Below are positions 12,146 through 24,400 of a DNA stretch of 64,000 nucleotides, in pieces; the stretch's first letter is position 1; every line of letters starts with the position of its first letter. The position numbers were made by a program, and so were the translations under genes. The stretch is from NCBI GenBank assembly GCA_951406725.2, contig OX597831.1, positions 7,688,001-7,752,000 on the forward strand, in the 5' to 3' direction. This stretch comes from Octopus vulgaris. Its lineage: Eukaryota. The notes under the pieces were generated by a model, which searched no databases, was not told the DNA's origin, and saw only the letters and a program-made list of their open reading frames with translations.

Positions 12146-12746
12146 GGATCTATACCTTTTGATCGACAGATTTAAAAAATAATTTTTTTGTAACTAAACA
12201 CTTTCAAACTTCGGACACTGGTAGAATGTGTCATATAAAATATCTTTTACTCTTAGCGTTTTTGAGAAAACCTTATATTTACGAAGTTATTTCACGTTAA
12301 AGTTGTAGCATTTCGGTAATTTCAACCAATCAATGAGGTGTATTCAGCTGAATAAAATTACTGCCGTTGTTTGTCAACTAGAACTTCCGGCGGTGTATTT
12401 TTCGTTTGTCACTGTTATTTATGACAACCCTAACCTTAACCCCAACCCTAAAACCAGTACAAACGCACGATGTCATAAATAATAGTGACAAAGGAAAAAT
12501 AAACCGCCGATAGTTGTTGTTGACAAACAACGGCAGTAATTTTATTCAGCTGAATACACATCATTGATTGGTTGAAATTACCGAAATGCAACTTTAACGT
12601 GAAATAACTTCCTAAATATAAGGTTTTATCAAAAATGCTAAGAGTAAAAGATATTTTATATGACACATTCTACCAGTGTCCGAAGTTTGAAAGTGTTTAC
12701 TTGCAAAAATTATTTTTTAAATCTGTCGGTCAAAAGATAAAGATCC
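12146..12746. mobile_element. Foldback element (about 280-bp arms) related to the Merlin-type MITEs
   Basis: GGATCT...AGATCC termini. The arms are reverse complements, the spacer holds CCCTAA-like units, and the arms resemble one half of the 420-bp MITE. Confidence 0.85.
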
Positions 12747-12859
12747 AAAATTACAGACACGTACACGACCACACGTTAGCGTACACAATTTTGGCGACAT
12801 TTTGTTTCATGATTCAGAAAACGAAGCTACTGAAATTGGTAGAAATCGGCCATAGTAAA

Positions 12860-13340
12860 AAGTAGAATAATGTTTAGCTGTTCTCGGCTAAATTCTGTAA
12901 TTAAATGTAACTCAAAAGATGCTTTTCTATACAACTGAAGGTCTATTTCGAAATTGTTTATATATAGAAAGAAATGGCTGACTATTTTACACGTCAAAAT
13001 TGTGACAATTGTGAAGAATATCTTTAACACCGAAAGAAATTATGTTGTACGCGATATCTATAAATACAACGAACATTGAAGAAAATACAGTGAACTTTCT
13101 TATGCTGTGATGAACTAATTTGTTTGGTAACTCGCCGAATGAAAGAGCTCGGAGGTGTTGTGTATGCAGGCGTTATCAAAGTATTAGACAAGATTCTTTT
13201 GGGGATCTCATATCTCACTGTTTCGTCTTGTGTTAATGGGAAGCAGTTGACTGCTAGCAATGTCGTTATGGAGCAGCTCAGGGTCAGTAGAGAAACAGTT
13301 GTCGACTTTTATTTCACAAACGTGTTACCGGCAGGTGACG
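12860..13340 (+). pseudogene. Merlin/IS1595-like transposase relic (N-terminal part)
   Basis: LDKILLGISYL...VMEQLRVSRETVVDFY resembles the Merlin HTH segment EL.IS..TVVDW. Cys-rich remnants lie upstream; frameshifted. Confidence 0.55.
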
Positions 13341-13548
13341 ATCTCTGCAGGCTTCATTAGTTCCATTTACTGAATCATGAAACGAAACATCACCATAATT
13401 ATTAAAAAAAAAAAAGAAAAGAGTACAGGCGCAGGAGTAGCTGTGTGGTAAGAAGCTTGCAAGACGCAACGAAAATTTTAGAAAAATAAAGAAGGAAATG
13501 AGTGGAAATTTTACCGGTGCGTGTGTTAAATTATAAGGCACTAAAAGG

Positions 13549-13959
13549 GGATCTTTTCGGTTTGAACGGCAGTTTTTAACATAATTTCTAGGTAACTAAA
13601 AAATTTTAAACTTCGTATACTGGTAGAATGTGTTTTTAAAATATCTTTTTCTCAGGGATTTATTGAGAAAATTCTATAGCTTTTAAGATATTTGTTGTTT
13701 TTTTTCTTGAAATTCTGCAATTTCAAACAATCAATGACATCTATTGAGGTAAAAAAGCATTCTGTGCTGTATGAATATGTCCCTCGTTTAAGAAACAGAT
13801 TAGGTTTATTTACATTTGTGAAGAAAAAAAGATACCCTTCCCCCACTCCTAACCCTAAAAAAGATTGAAATGCAATAGATCGATACTAGGGTCCTAATTA
13901 TGGGTGACAATTTCATATGACACCGCTAGAAAAAACTGCCGTTCAAACCGAAAAGATCC
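13549..13959 (+). mobile_element. Merlin-type MITE, copy 4
   Basis: Same TIRs; 8-bp TSD CTAAAAGG. Confidence 0.88.
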
Positions 13960-14444
13960 CTAAAAGGGAATGACTCTCCCCAGGCAACAGAATTTGTTTC
14001 AACACATGATTAACACGAAATCGAAGCCTACTAGTTACCCGTTTTAAATTTCGGCGCGAAAAATTGCTAAAGGAAAGTGGAAACACTTAATGCCATTTCA
14101 AAACTGTTTTACAGCTTAGGTCTTATGCATCCTGGTATCTATATATCCTGTAATTTTAGTAGGTATGTGAAAGATATTGTTTTAATACACTTTTACTTGT
14201 TTCTCACAAACACTAACACGTTTTTTGTTTTTCGTCCAGACATCGTTACCACTAATTTTTATTACTTCAGCATTCGTTTATTATTCTTTTCAAACGTATT
14301 TCTGCAAAATGTCATCTTAAAATATGTGTAAAGGAAGGGGGCTGATGCAGTTTCGCACCTCACCGTCAAAAATGCATTTAAAAAGATTTCTTCGAAACGT
14401 GTCTCTATATATGTGTGTATACGTGTGTGAGTGTATGTATATGG

Positions 14445-14476
<32 letters not shown>

Positions 14477-14877
14477 GAGAAAGTAATAACAAGTGAATGG
14501 AGAATAACGACGGAAAGGTTAAAAAAAGCATTAAAATAATTGAAATAAAATGAAACAAAAATGAAGCCAAAACATTAAGAATATTGAAAGTGGGTAGAAA
14601 TGAACACTACGTGGTGTAGTAGTACTACGCTAGGGTATCTGTAGAAAGTTGGATGTATTTTCGGAATATAACGAGGAAAAACTTGGATCTTGGGAATTTT
14701 CCGAAAGTCCTCTCCCCACCCCTTGGAAAAGATTTTCCCCACAAATTTATTTATAATCGTAATGTATGCCGTTTGAAAGGCGTTTCTCTAAAATTTCATG
14801 GAAAAAAACCCCCATTTTGCTAAAAGTTACGAGGGAAAAAGCTTGGTAACCTTTGTAAACATGACAGCTAGCTTACA

Positions 14878-15198
14878 TATGTGTGTGTATGTATGTATGT
14901 ATGCATGTATGTATGTGTGTTTGTGTATATGTATGTATGCATGTATGTATGTATGTTTGTGTGTTTGTGTATATGTATGTATGTATGTATGATGTATGTA
15001 TGTATGTGTGTTTGTGTATATGTATGTATGTATGTATGTATGATGTATGTATGTATGTGTGTTTGTGTATATGTATGTATGTATGCATGTATGTATGTAT
15101 GTATGTATGCATGCATGTATGCATGTATGTATGTGTGTTTGTGTATATGTATGTATGTATGTATGTATGATGTATGTATGCATGTATGTGTGTTTGTG

Positions 15199-15229
<31 letters not shown>

Positions 15230-15262
15230 GTGTTTGTGTATATGTATGTATGTATGTATGTA
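14878..15262. repeat. (TATG)n compound microsatellite with recurrent TGTGTTTGTGTA interruptions
   Basis: Directly visible; the source of several spurious ORFs. Confidence 0.95.
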
Positions 15263-15383
15263 GTGTTGATATTATGAGAGGACAAGGAATAAAACCTTTT
15301 CTTTTGAAACAGTGGATCTCGAAGTGCATAATTTAGTAGAATGGCGGCTGTGGTAGAAACGTTTTGAAGATGTCACCCTATGG

Positions 15384-15562
15384 CAGTGCTTTTCAAACTT
15401 TTTGCTGGAGCAGAACCCCAAGGAAGCATTTCACTGGGTCGAGGAACCCCTGTGCAATAATTTAATAGTCTTATGCACACATATCTGCACAGGAGAATTA
15501 AAAATCACTGCCGATTTTAGCAGTTTTGTAACTTCTTGCGGAACCCTGGTTGAAAACCACTG
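15384..15562. mobile_element. hAT (Charlie-like) MITE
   Basis: CAGTGCTTTTCAA...TTGAAAACCACTG with a perfect 8-bp TSD CCCTATGG. Confidence 0.9.
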
Positions 15563-18500
15563 CCCTATGGAATAATAATGTCTAAATATGCACAACATGA
15601 AAACTCTATGTACCTTTTAATTTAAAATAAGAACGAGTTACCGTCTTCTAAGATCGATCAGTATTTGACTGGTTTATATTTTATCGTCCATGGGGGGTGA
15701 CCACGGCGGGATGGAAACTAAACACGTCAAAAAGACGTGGCTAAATATCGTTATACATATTATTGCCTGTTTCTCTATTGATTCTCTCATCCACCTTACA
15801 ATAAATAATTAATATTAGAACTGAGATAATTCCATTAATTATATTAACGAAAGTTATCTGCGATGTTATGTCACTTTGTAATTATGCAACTCTCATTTTA
15901 GAGTATCGCATATGATGACAAGTTAAATATACGATAATCAAAAGTAATAATGCTTTTAACTCGAGGGATTATTAGCAAACAAGCACTTCGTCCCCATGTT
16001 GAAATTAAATAAATTGAAACGGTTCCCATTTAATTTCTATGGGAGTATGGCTTGGGGATTTCAGTTCAGCATTCTTATCTAATGGCATTCACTAATTAGG
16101 GAAAATTATGTGACATTATTTAAGACTTGGTAAAGCACCTGTGATGAGAAATGAATTATCATTCGGTCGACATGAGCTAAGAAGAGAGCCACCAGACGGC
16201 TGCTGAACCTGCTAAAAACAGTAACTAAATGTCTCAATTCGTACACTACCGTCTTAAAAAGAGAAAGGACACGTACAAAATACTTGGTGGTCACGATTGG
16301 AAGAACTTTGATCAAGTTTAACCTAATTAAAACAATTGTATTTTCGACATTTACTCTTCTTTATTGTGTCTGGGGAGTAGATACAAAAACTCGTCTTTGC
16401 CCCAAAATATGTTTTAGTTCTATCGTAATATGTTGGCGGTGTTCCCATAGAATAGCGTCGATAATTATTTGATGCGTCATGTGTAAGGCTTTAAGCATTA
16501 TAAATTACCATTCTGCAACGCGAAATGTTCTGGAGAGGCTGTTTTTTGCTCTACAAACTTTCGTAATTTTTTAGTCTTGATTTACTTTAGATTCTTTTCC
16601 CCGTTAAAACATAAATCTAAAGTAAAATATTTCAACAAAAAATTCAAACTGAAGAATTGCGCAAAGGAGGGGAGGGAGGTTTCTCAGGGGAAAGCAGGTA
16701 TTTTCTACACTTAAAACAGAACCCTGGCATGCCCCATACATAAGTTGCGCGTCTTCTTAGGGACTATCGCAAGAATTTGTAAAGCACGAGTTCAGGATCA
16801 ACTTAAATGACACCTTTGTTGAATGGAACTAATTCTGTCTAGATGTTCAATATTTTCATTATCATCTTGAGAGATGAGCGGGGAAGAACTACAATCATTA
16901 ATAGGTGTAGTATGGCCGAATGGTTAAGAAATTCGCTGAGCACTCATGAAGTTTCGGTTTCTTGTCATCTTGTATTGGAACAGCAATTTTGTTGATCTAT
17001 TGCCTGATAGAATTTAGGCATTTTCCTAGTCCCAAGAGTTGTACCAAGTATCAGTTTATAAACGCAGCAATCGGACAGAAGAGTTTGCACAGCTAGAAGT
17101 AGCAGTCAAGTCAAATTCAATACTTGATCCATTCGATCAATTCAAACTGCAAGAAATAACGGCTAAATGTACTTCAGATCACATCCTGCCGTCTTAGAAA
17201 AAGGACAACTCGCTGAATAATGTAGTTCTAGCTGCACAATCTAAAAAAAGACGGGATAGTCACGACTTGAACGCCTGTGACCATTGGCATCTTAAATGAC
17301 GGCCAACTTAGGGCCGGAAAACAATACTTATGTTAGAAAAGGACTTTATTATTCTGGAATGTGAAGATGAAAATGATGATACTAATATTTTTTATAAGTT
17401 TGCATATTGTTACTACCCGGAACATTTGTGTTTAAATATGTACAACAATTTTCCCGCCAGATGACCCAGGAACACAGCGAAGTCAGATGGCACAGATAGA
17501 CAAGAACCTCCGTCGTCATGAATATAGCACAATTGTTTCCAGTTACGTTGGGGGTAGCCACATTTTGCTGCATCTGTAGCTTGCTGCAAACTCCAAGCAG
17601 TATGTCTCTCTCAATATGTAATTATTGCTGTTGTATTTGTAAAAGACCAACACAGTTTAACGCTATGTAGGATTATAAATCTTCTGTTAAATGTTCGTGG
17701 GTGTTGTTCAGTTCCTTCTTCATGACACAGCCCAAGAAACATATTTCATTGATCAATTCAACAAGTTACCAACACAGTCCACCCAACAACAGCAACAACA
17801 CCCACGCGAACAAAACTATTTAACGTGGCTACAAGTTCAATGTCAGCGTTTGACTTCTCAGTTTGAATAAAGTTTACTAAACATGAAAGATTGCGTGCGA
17901 CTGCAGCTTTGAATAAATTTAGCTCGCCTCGACAAATAGCTTCATCTATTATCAATGTATTTCTACTCGATTACACAAATGGGAGAAGACTGGTTGCAAT
18001 ACCGTGCTGATATATAGCAAGAACTAACAACCTTCTGAATAGAATTGACAAGAAACAACGGGTTGATGTTGTTTTTAATCAAAATCTAGTGAGATGGCCA
18101 TACGCAGTGCCTGTAATTGCAAAGCCCCTAGGAATCGAAGAAATAAAGTTTAGCAATATAAGAACTGTGATAATATTATTATTTCGCCCCCCTAAGTTAT
18201 GAATAATGGCCGCAAGGTGGTCCTGTCTTAAGGTATCGGTTCCAATGCTATCTTACGTCTGTTGTGGCCTGCTGTCAATTAACATTTAAAAACTTAATGC
18301 ATTGCCTTGTCCGGGACCTAAAACGTTCTCGCTGAAAAGTTCAGGTTATTATTACATTATCGATATTTGATTGAAAATTATTATCAGAGATTTCGTTAAT
18401 CAGCCCGTTTCCATAAATTTGCAACAATTGGTGCATGTGAAGAGAGTGCAGAAGATGATACGATCCCCAGGAGACTCATAGTATGTAATAATTTGAGCAT

Positions 18501-19448
18501 TAGCCGGATAATTCTTCACTTAGGGACGGCTTCTTTGTCGAGCTACTTTGATGGGAAATCAAATACGATTCTAGTAACAATGTCTTAGGCAAGTTTTTGG
18601 ATTAGTGTCGATGCAGAAGAAATATTGAGACATTGCAAGCTAGATTTAAACCTCAAGCAACAATTAATATTGATGTAATTCTTAATGAACAGGATAATTA
18701 ACACATCCAAGAAGTGGTGAACAGAATAACTAACACATCAAAGAAACAGTGACATAAATATTGATAGTGAACAAAATGCAGAATCTGTCTCTTTAAGCTT
18801 TGACTATTATTCCAGATTCTATTAATAAAGACTGTGATAGTTGACCATTGGTACAGGAATGGTGTAAATGGTGTTCGACGCATTTCTCGAATAACAAAGA
18901 GAGTTAAACTAATTTACTTCCGACAGTCGGGATATTTTTCTTATAATATTACAGAGTTGTATACGTTTTACATACTGGTTTAGTCTATCAGCTCAGTATT
19001 TGAGCTTGTCTATTGAGTTCAATAAAGCTCTTGAATCTAAAGAGCGATTACGACGCATTTGTGTCTTCTTCAACTCGTAATATTTTTATTAGCTTTTTGA
19101 TGTTTTCGGCATAAAAATCATAAAAAGGAAAAAAAAAAAAAAAATCAATGAAATATGTTTGCATTAACTTAACTATAGATTAATGATTTCTTTTAATTAG
19201 ATCTTTTTTTTTGATGGAGGGAGTCTGTACAATCGGTCACGCAATCATATTATCGATTGTATAAAGGAGCATAATCGATTAAACAATCTTGTATATTACT
19301 GATACTTATCGACATCACTAGCTTAAAGACTGAAATTGATTCAACCTGAAATTAGAACTTAGTATCTGTGAAGCCGAAGCTAATTACGGGGAAGACATTT
19401 TAGTCTTACGCTCCAGTTGTTTCATAAAACAGCGCCATCCGATATTGA

Positions 19449-19453
19449 CCAAT
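19449..19453 (+). promoter_or_regulatory. CCAAT box (NF-Y)
   Basis: GACCAATGAG about 25 nt upstream of the X-box. Confidence 0.55.
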
Positions 19454-19478
19454 GAGAAGACGTGTTTTCGTGACCGGC

Positions 19479-19492
19479 GTTGCTACGGCAAC
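19479..19492. promoter_or_regulatory. RFX X-box in the SPEF2 promoter
   Basis: GTTGCTACGGCAAC, a near-palindromic X-box about 85 nt upstream of the ATG of a motile-cilium gene, in a locally CpG-rich stretch. Confidence 0.85.
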
Positions 19493-19576
19493 CCGGACGC
19501 TTAACGACCACCATCCACCTTGGCAAGTGTTTAAAGAATTGAATTTTAAAAACGATTATTTTCACCTGTGAGCACT

Positions 19577-19634
19577 ATGACAGCTATTCTCTGTAATTGG
19601 CTAAATAATGAGCTAAAACTTTCAAAAACAATCG
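19577..19634 (+). CDS. SPEF2: SPEF2 coding exon 1 (MTAILCNWLNNELKLSKTI+G), phase 1 end
   Basis: ATG at 19577, donor G|GTACGT at 19635. The peptide matches the SPEF2 N-terminus as recalled for human (MSEILCQWLNKELKVSRTV). Frame continues into exon 2. Confidence 0.92.
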
Positions 19635-21354
19635 GTACGTTGTTCTTTCACTTCTAAATCAATTGCTCGTGTTTACCGTGTTCCGAGTTGTCGCTGTCCC
19701 AGTTGAAATGTTCGCTCCGCAAACTTCCATCCCCATCTGTTGGCAAAACTAACAAATATACTAACAAATACATCAAAACACATCACCACTTGTTTTCTTT
19801 TCATTTCGCAGAATTTATTTACTTTCATCTAATAGACAATAACATGAATGATGCGTGTAAATTTGAATAATTAATTAGATTACAATAAAGCTTGAGGTTA
19901 CGGCTTAGCGGTAAATAGTTATTGAAATCGCCGGCACGCCGAATAAAATAAATGCTTTAACAGCATTTCGTCTGTCTTAACGATGTGAGTTCAAATTCCA
20001 CCGAAATCGACTTTACCTTTCATCCTTTCGGGGTCGATTAAATAAGTACCAGTTACGCACTGGGGTCGATGTAATCGACTCAATCCGTTTGTCCGTCCTT
20101 GTTTGTCCTCTCTGTGTTTAGCCCCTTGTGGGTAGCAAAGAAATCGGCAAATATTATTATTCTAAATCTCAGCTGGCGAAATCGATAGCACGCCGAAACA
20201 AAATAAATGCTCAACAGCATTTCGGATGTCTTAACGAAGTGAGTTCAAATTCCACCGAAATCGACTTTACCTTTAATCCCTTTCTGGAGCGATAAAATAA
20301 GTACCAGTTGATCACTGGGGCCGATGTAATCGACTGGTCCCTGCCCGTCTGAATTTCAGGCCTTGTGCCTTAACAGAAAAGGACTACTACTACTACTACA
20401 AATACCACTACAAATACCACCACCACCACTACTCTTACTACTACTACTACTACTACTACTAACATTCACTTAAGTCACATATCAGAATAACTGGACTGTT
20501 TTATTTTATTTGCTTATGTCACATTCCTCAGAATTAAACTTATTCTTTTCAATCCTTAAAATTACGGTTAAGCTAGAAACCCTTTACCTACAATATATAT
20601 TAAACTATTACGAATAATTTATAAGTGTGAGGCACCAAACTTCAATAATTATGTAATCTCATAAACATGATCTCTTGCACTCGACACAGTTGTTATGGGT
20701 AACATTTCATATTCGTAAACAGGCGGGAATAAAATCTTAAATCTTGATTGTCAAATTATTTTGTCAAATATAGCTAAGTATAATTAATTGTTCGGATAAA
20801 TATTACGCTTGTATTTATTGTGTGAATTTAATTGCATATTGTAGTATGGTGAAGCAGTTAAAGTATACCTTATTCAGAAAATGCTAAGTAAAGCTTATAA
20901 TTAATTAATAGTAAATTATAATACCGAAACATTGCCATAATTATTAATATTCTAGATTCTATAGATTTTGTTGTGCATCGTCAAATATCGTTTAATATCC
21001 AGGCCAGTCCTGTTCGAGTCGAAACCTATAAAGACAGTCCAACCACGCCTATTTTGACAGCTGTTTTCGAACAAAGTATATGGGTCTTTCGTGTACTAAA
21101 GTGCAGATTGAATTTGAAGGGTGGATTTGACTACTCTTTCTAGCAGCTTAAGCGACCACATTGAGGCCCTCCCGTGCGTTTTTCGTTAAGTTTGTAATAG
21201 TTGTTGATATAAAGCTCAGTTTTCCTCAGATATATAATCTTGATATTCAGAATCAGTGTCTCCACACACACGCGCACCCACACATCCATCTATTCATCCA
21301 TACACACATCCATCCATCCATACATACATAATCTATCCCTAATAAATAAATACA

Positions 21355-21388
<34 letters not shown>

Positions 21389-22223
21389 CATACATACGTT
21401 ATCTATCCATCTTTTACTTGTTTCAGTCAGTGGGTTGCGGTCATGCTGGGGCACTGCCATGAAGAGTTTAGTCGGAAAAAAATCAATCACAATCATCATC
21501 ATCGTTTAACGTCCGCTTTCCATGCTATCATGGGTTGGACTAAAGTCTCTTTTTACTGAACTGTTATCTTCCAGGGATGTAAACAAGCCAACACTGGTTG
21601 TCAAGTAGCAGTCTCTTTCACTCACTCACACACATGCATGCGCACACACAATGGACTTCCTTTAGATTCCACCTACCAAGTCAACTCACAAGGCTTTGGT
21701 TGACCCGGGACTAGTGTAGAAGGCACTTGTGCCACATAGTGGGACTGAAACCAGAACCCTGTGGTTGAGAAGCAAACTTCTTGCCATGCCTGCACCTATA
21801 TGTCATCTCTGTAAGGTGGTTGATGTTGAAAGGGCATCCAGCTGTAAAAACCATGCCAGAACAGACAATTGGATCCTGATGCAGTTCTCTGACTTGCCGG
21901 CTCCTATAATACTGTCCAACCCATACCAGCATGGAAGACGGACATTAAAGGATGATGATGAGGAAGATAATACACATGTGTATTGAACACCATGTTACCA
22001 ACTGAGTTGAATGGCTTTTGCTGAAGAGGTCTAATTATACTGAAACATGTCTGTTGCTTCCCATCCAGTTCATATTATCTCCCTTGTTTGAAACTGCCTT
22101 AATAAGAAATTTGTCTACTATTTGATTGTTCTCAGTTGATTGGAGCGTCTCGACTCATTATATTACATAAAAGATTCTATAGTAGTTGTACAAATAATCT
22201 CTAAGTTATTGTGTGTGTATATA

Positions 22224-23462
22224 CAGGGTGCAGTGAATAAATTGTCATCTAAATTATGCAAAAAATGAAAATAACACTTGACATCTCATTTTAAGATATA
22301 CTTGCTGAAAGTACATGAAAATATCTTGAAATACTAAAGAGTAAATTTATTCAATAAAATCGCCATTGGCTTCAACCACAGCCTCCAGCCAACTTCAGAA
22401 TCTCCTGCAACTTTTCTTCAGTTCATCTTTGGTGTTACAAGGAGTTTTGTTGGTCTCTCACTCAACTGTGCTTCACACAATAATGAAGGGGGTTGCAGTC
22501 TGGGGAGTTAGGTGGCCAAACGTTAGGGGTGATGTGGTCACAGAAATTGAAAGCCATGACTGGGTTTTCCTGCTTGTGTGGCATGGTGCAGAGTTCTGTT
22601 GTCAGACATAAAGTCTTCCAGCAGCCACCCTCTTAACCCAGGGCAGCACTACCTCCTCCTGGTACTTGATGCAGGCCTCTGTGTTGAGACTGAGGCTATG
22701 TGGGAAGATGAGTGGAGACATAACATTGCCATCACTAGTGATCACTCTAAACACCATGATGTTGACCGGATGTTTGATTTTTATCACTCTCGGTACATGT
22801 TTTGGGGATACAGCAAGTCAATGGTTGTTCTGTGTGTTCACCATCTGATCCTGGCAGAAATTTTTCTTGTCTGGGAAAAACCAAAGCATGTTCAGTTGGA
22901 GGGGATGCTTGAGTTTGTTGAAAAGCTTTGTAGCACAGTCTTTCCTGTTGTCCTTGATGACTTGGAATTAAAAATTGGCCCTTTCTCAACTTGTATGAGG
23001 AATACTGAATGTCTTTATGCACAACCTGCCTGATGAGAAACTCAGGCACTCCCATGTCCCTGGTGATGGACCTGATTGGCTTGAAGGGATTGTTGTCAAT
23101 CATGGCCTGGACCTAACCAACAAATTCAGGAGTTCTTTTCTTATCAGAACAATCAGAGTGAGTTATCCAGGCTGCTGTACCTTCCTAATCACCATTAGAC
23201 TCATCCAACTCTTTCCAAATCCTCTGCACTGTCCTCAGATTGACACCCAAACACTCTGAAATGTTCATATTGGAGCTTCCAGCATGGATGTCAAGCACTA
23301 CAGCATGTTGTTTTCAAATTTCTGGCAGAGTGAATTGTGTCATGGTGCTGTTTTTCTTATAGATGGTGCCCAACTGACCCTACTATACTGTGTAGTTGAC
23401 AAAATCAAAAACAATGTGAAGTTAAAAATATAAAATGGCAACAATTTACCCATCGCACCCTA
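22224..23462 (-). mobile_element. Near full-length, decayed maT (DD37D-type) Tc1/mariner transposon
   Basis: TA-flanked TIRs (CAGGGTGCAGTGAATAAATTGTC). Minus strand gives SIRSITRDMGVPEFLIRQVV, MVFRVITSDGNVMSPLIFP, QQNSAPCHTSRKTQSWL...WPPNSPDCNPL. Stops, frameshifts and mutated catalytic Asp residues. Confidence 0.88.
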
Positions 23463-23465
23463 TAT

Positions 23466-23496
<31 letters not shown>

Positions 23497-23513
23497 GCAC
23501 ATACATATATATT

Positions 23514-24400
23514 ATCATCATCATCATCATCATCATTTAACGTCTCCTTTCCATGCTAACATGGGTTGGATGATTTGACTGAGGACTGGCGAACCAGATG
23601 ATCTGGCAGAGTTCCTACAGCTTGATGCCTTTCCTAGCGTCAACCACTCTGAGAGTGTAGTGGGTGAGTCTGGCGGTACTGGCAATGGCCACGCTCAAAT
23701 GGTGTTTTTTACGTGTCATCTGCACAGGAGTCAGTCCAGTGGCACAGGCAACGACCTCGCTCAAGTGTTTTGTTCACGTGCCACCGGCACAAGTGCCAGT
23801 AAGGTGATGCAGGTAACGATCATACTCGAATGGTGCGTTTTACGTGCCATCGGCACAGAGGACAGTTTGTTGCTCTGGCAACGATCATGCTTGTAGGGTA
23901 CTCTTAGCACTCCACTAGCACGGATGCCTGTCATCGAATTTGATTTCGATTTCGATTTCACTTGCCTCAACAGGTCTTCGCAAGCAGATTTTAGTGTCCA
24001 ATGAAGGAAAGGTACGCATAAGCGGGCTGGTTACACCCCTGGCATAGGCCACAAGTTTATGGTCTCACTTGAGCTTGCTGAGTCTTCTCAAGCGCAGCAT
24101 ATTTCCAAAGAATCCGGTCACTAGTCATTGCCTTGGTGAGGCCTAATGTTCGAAAGTCATGCTTCACCACCTCATCCCAGGTCTTCCTGGGACTACCTCT
24201 TCCACAGGTTCCCTCAACCACTAGGATGTGGCACTTTTTCACACAGCTATCCACATCCATTCTTGCCACATGGCCATACCAGCGCAGTCGTCTCTCTTGC
24301 ACACCACATCTGATGCTTCTTAGGTCCAACTTTTCTCTCAAGGTAATAACACTCTCTCGAGTATGCACACTGACATTACACATCCATCAGAGCATATTAG
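23514..24400 (-). mobile_element. 5'-truncated RTE-clade LINE (ORF C-terminus, 3' UTR, (TGA)n tail)
   Basis: ORF 24057-24383 contains RRLRWYGHVARM...GRGSPRKTWDEVVKHD. The tail reads (CAT)n on the + strand at about 23514-23536. Confidence 0.9.

Noticed and set aside
14798-15336. Multiple 64-153 aa ORFs (MYVCM/HTYI repeats)
   Set aside because: Translations of a (TATG)n microsatellite that lacks stop codons.
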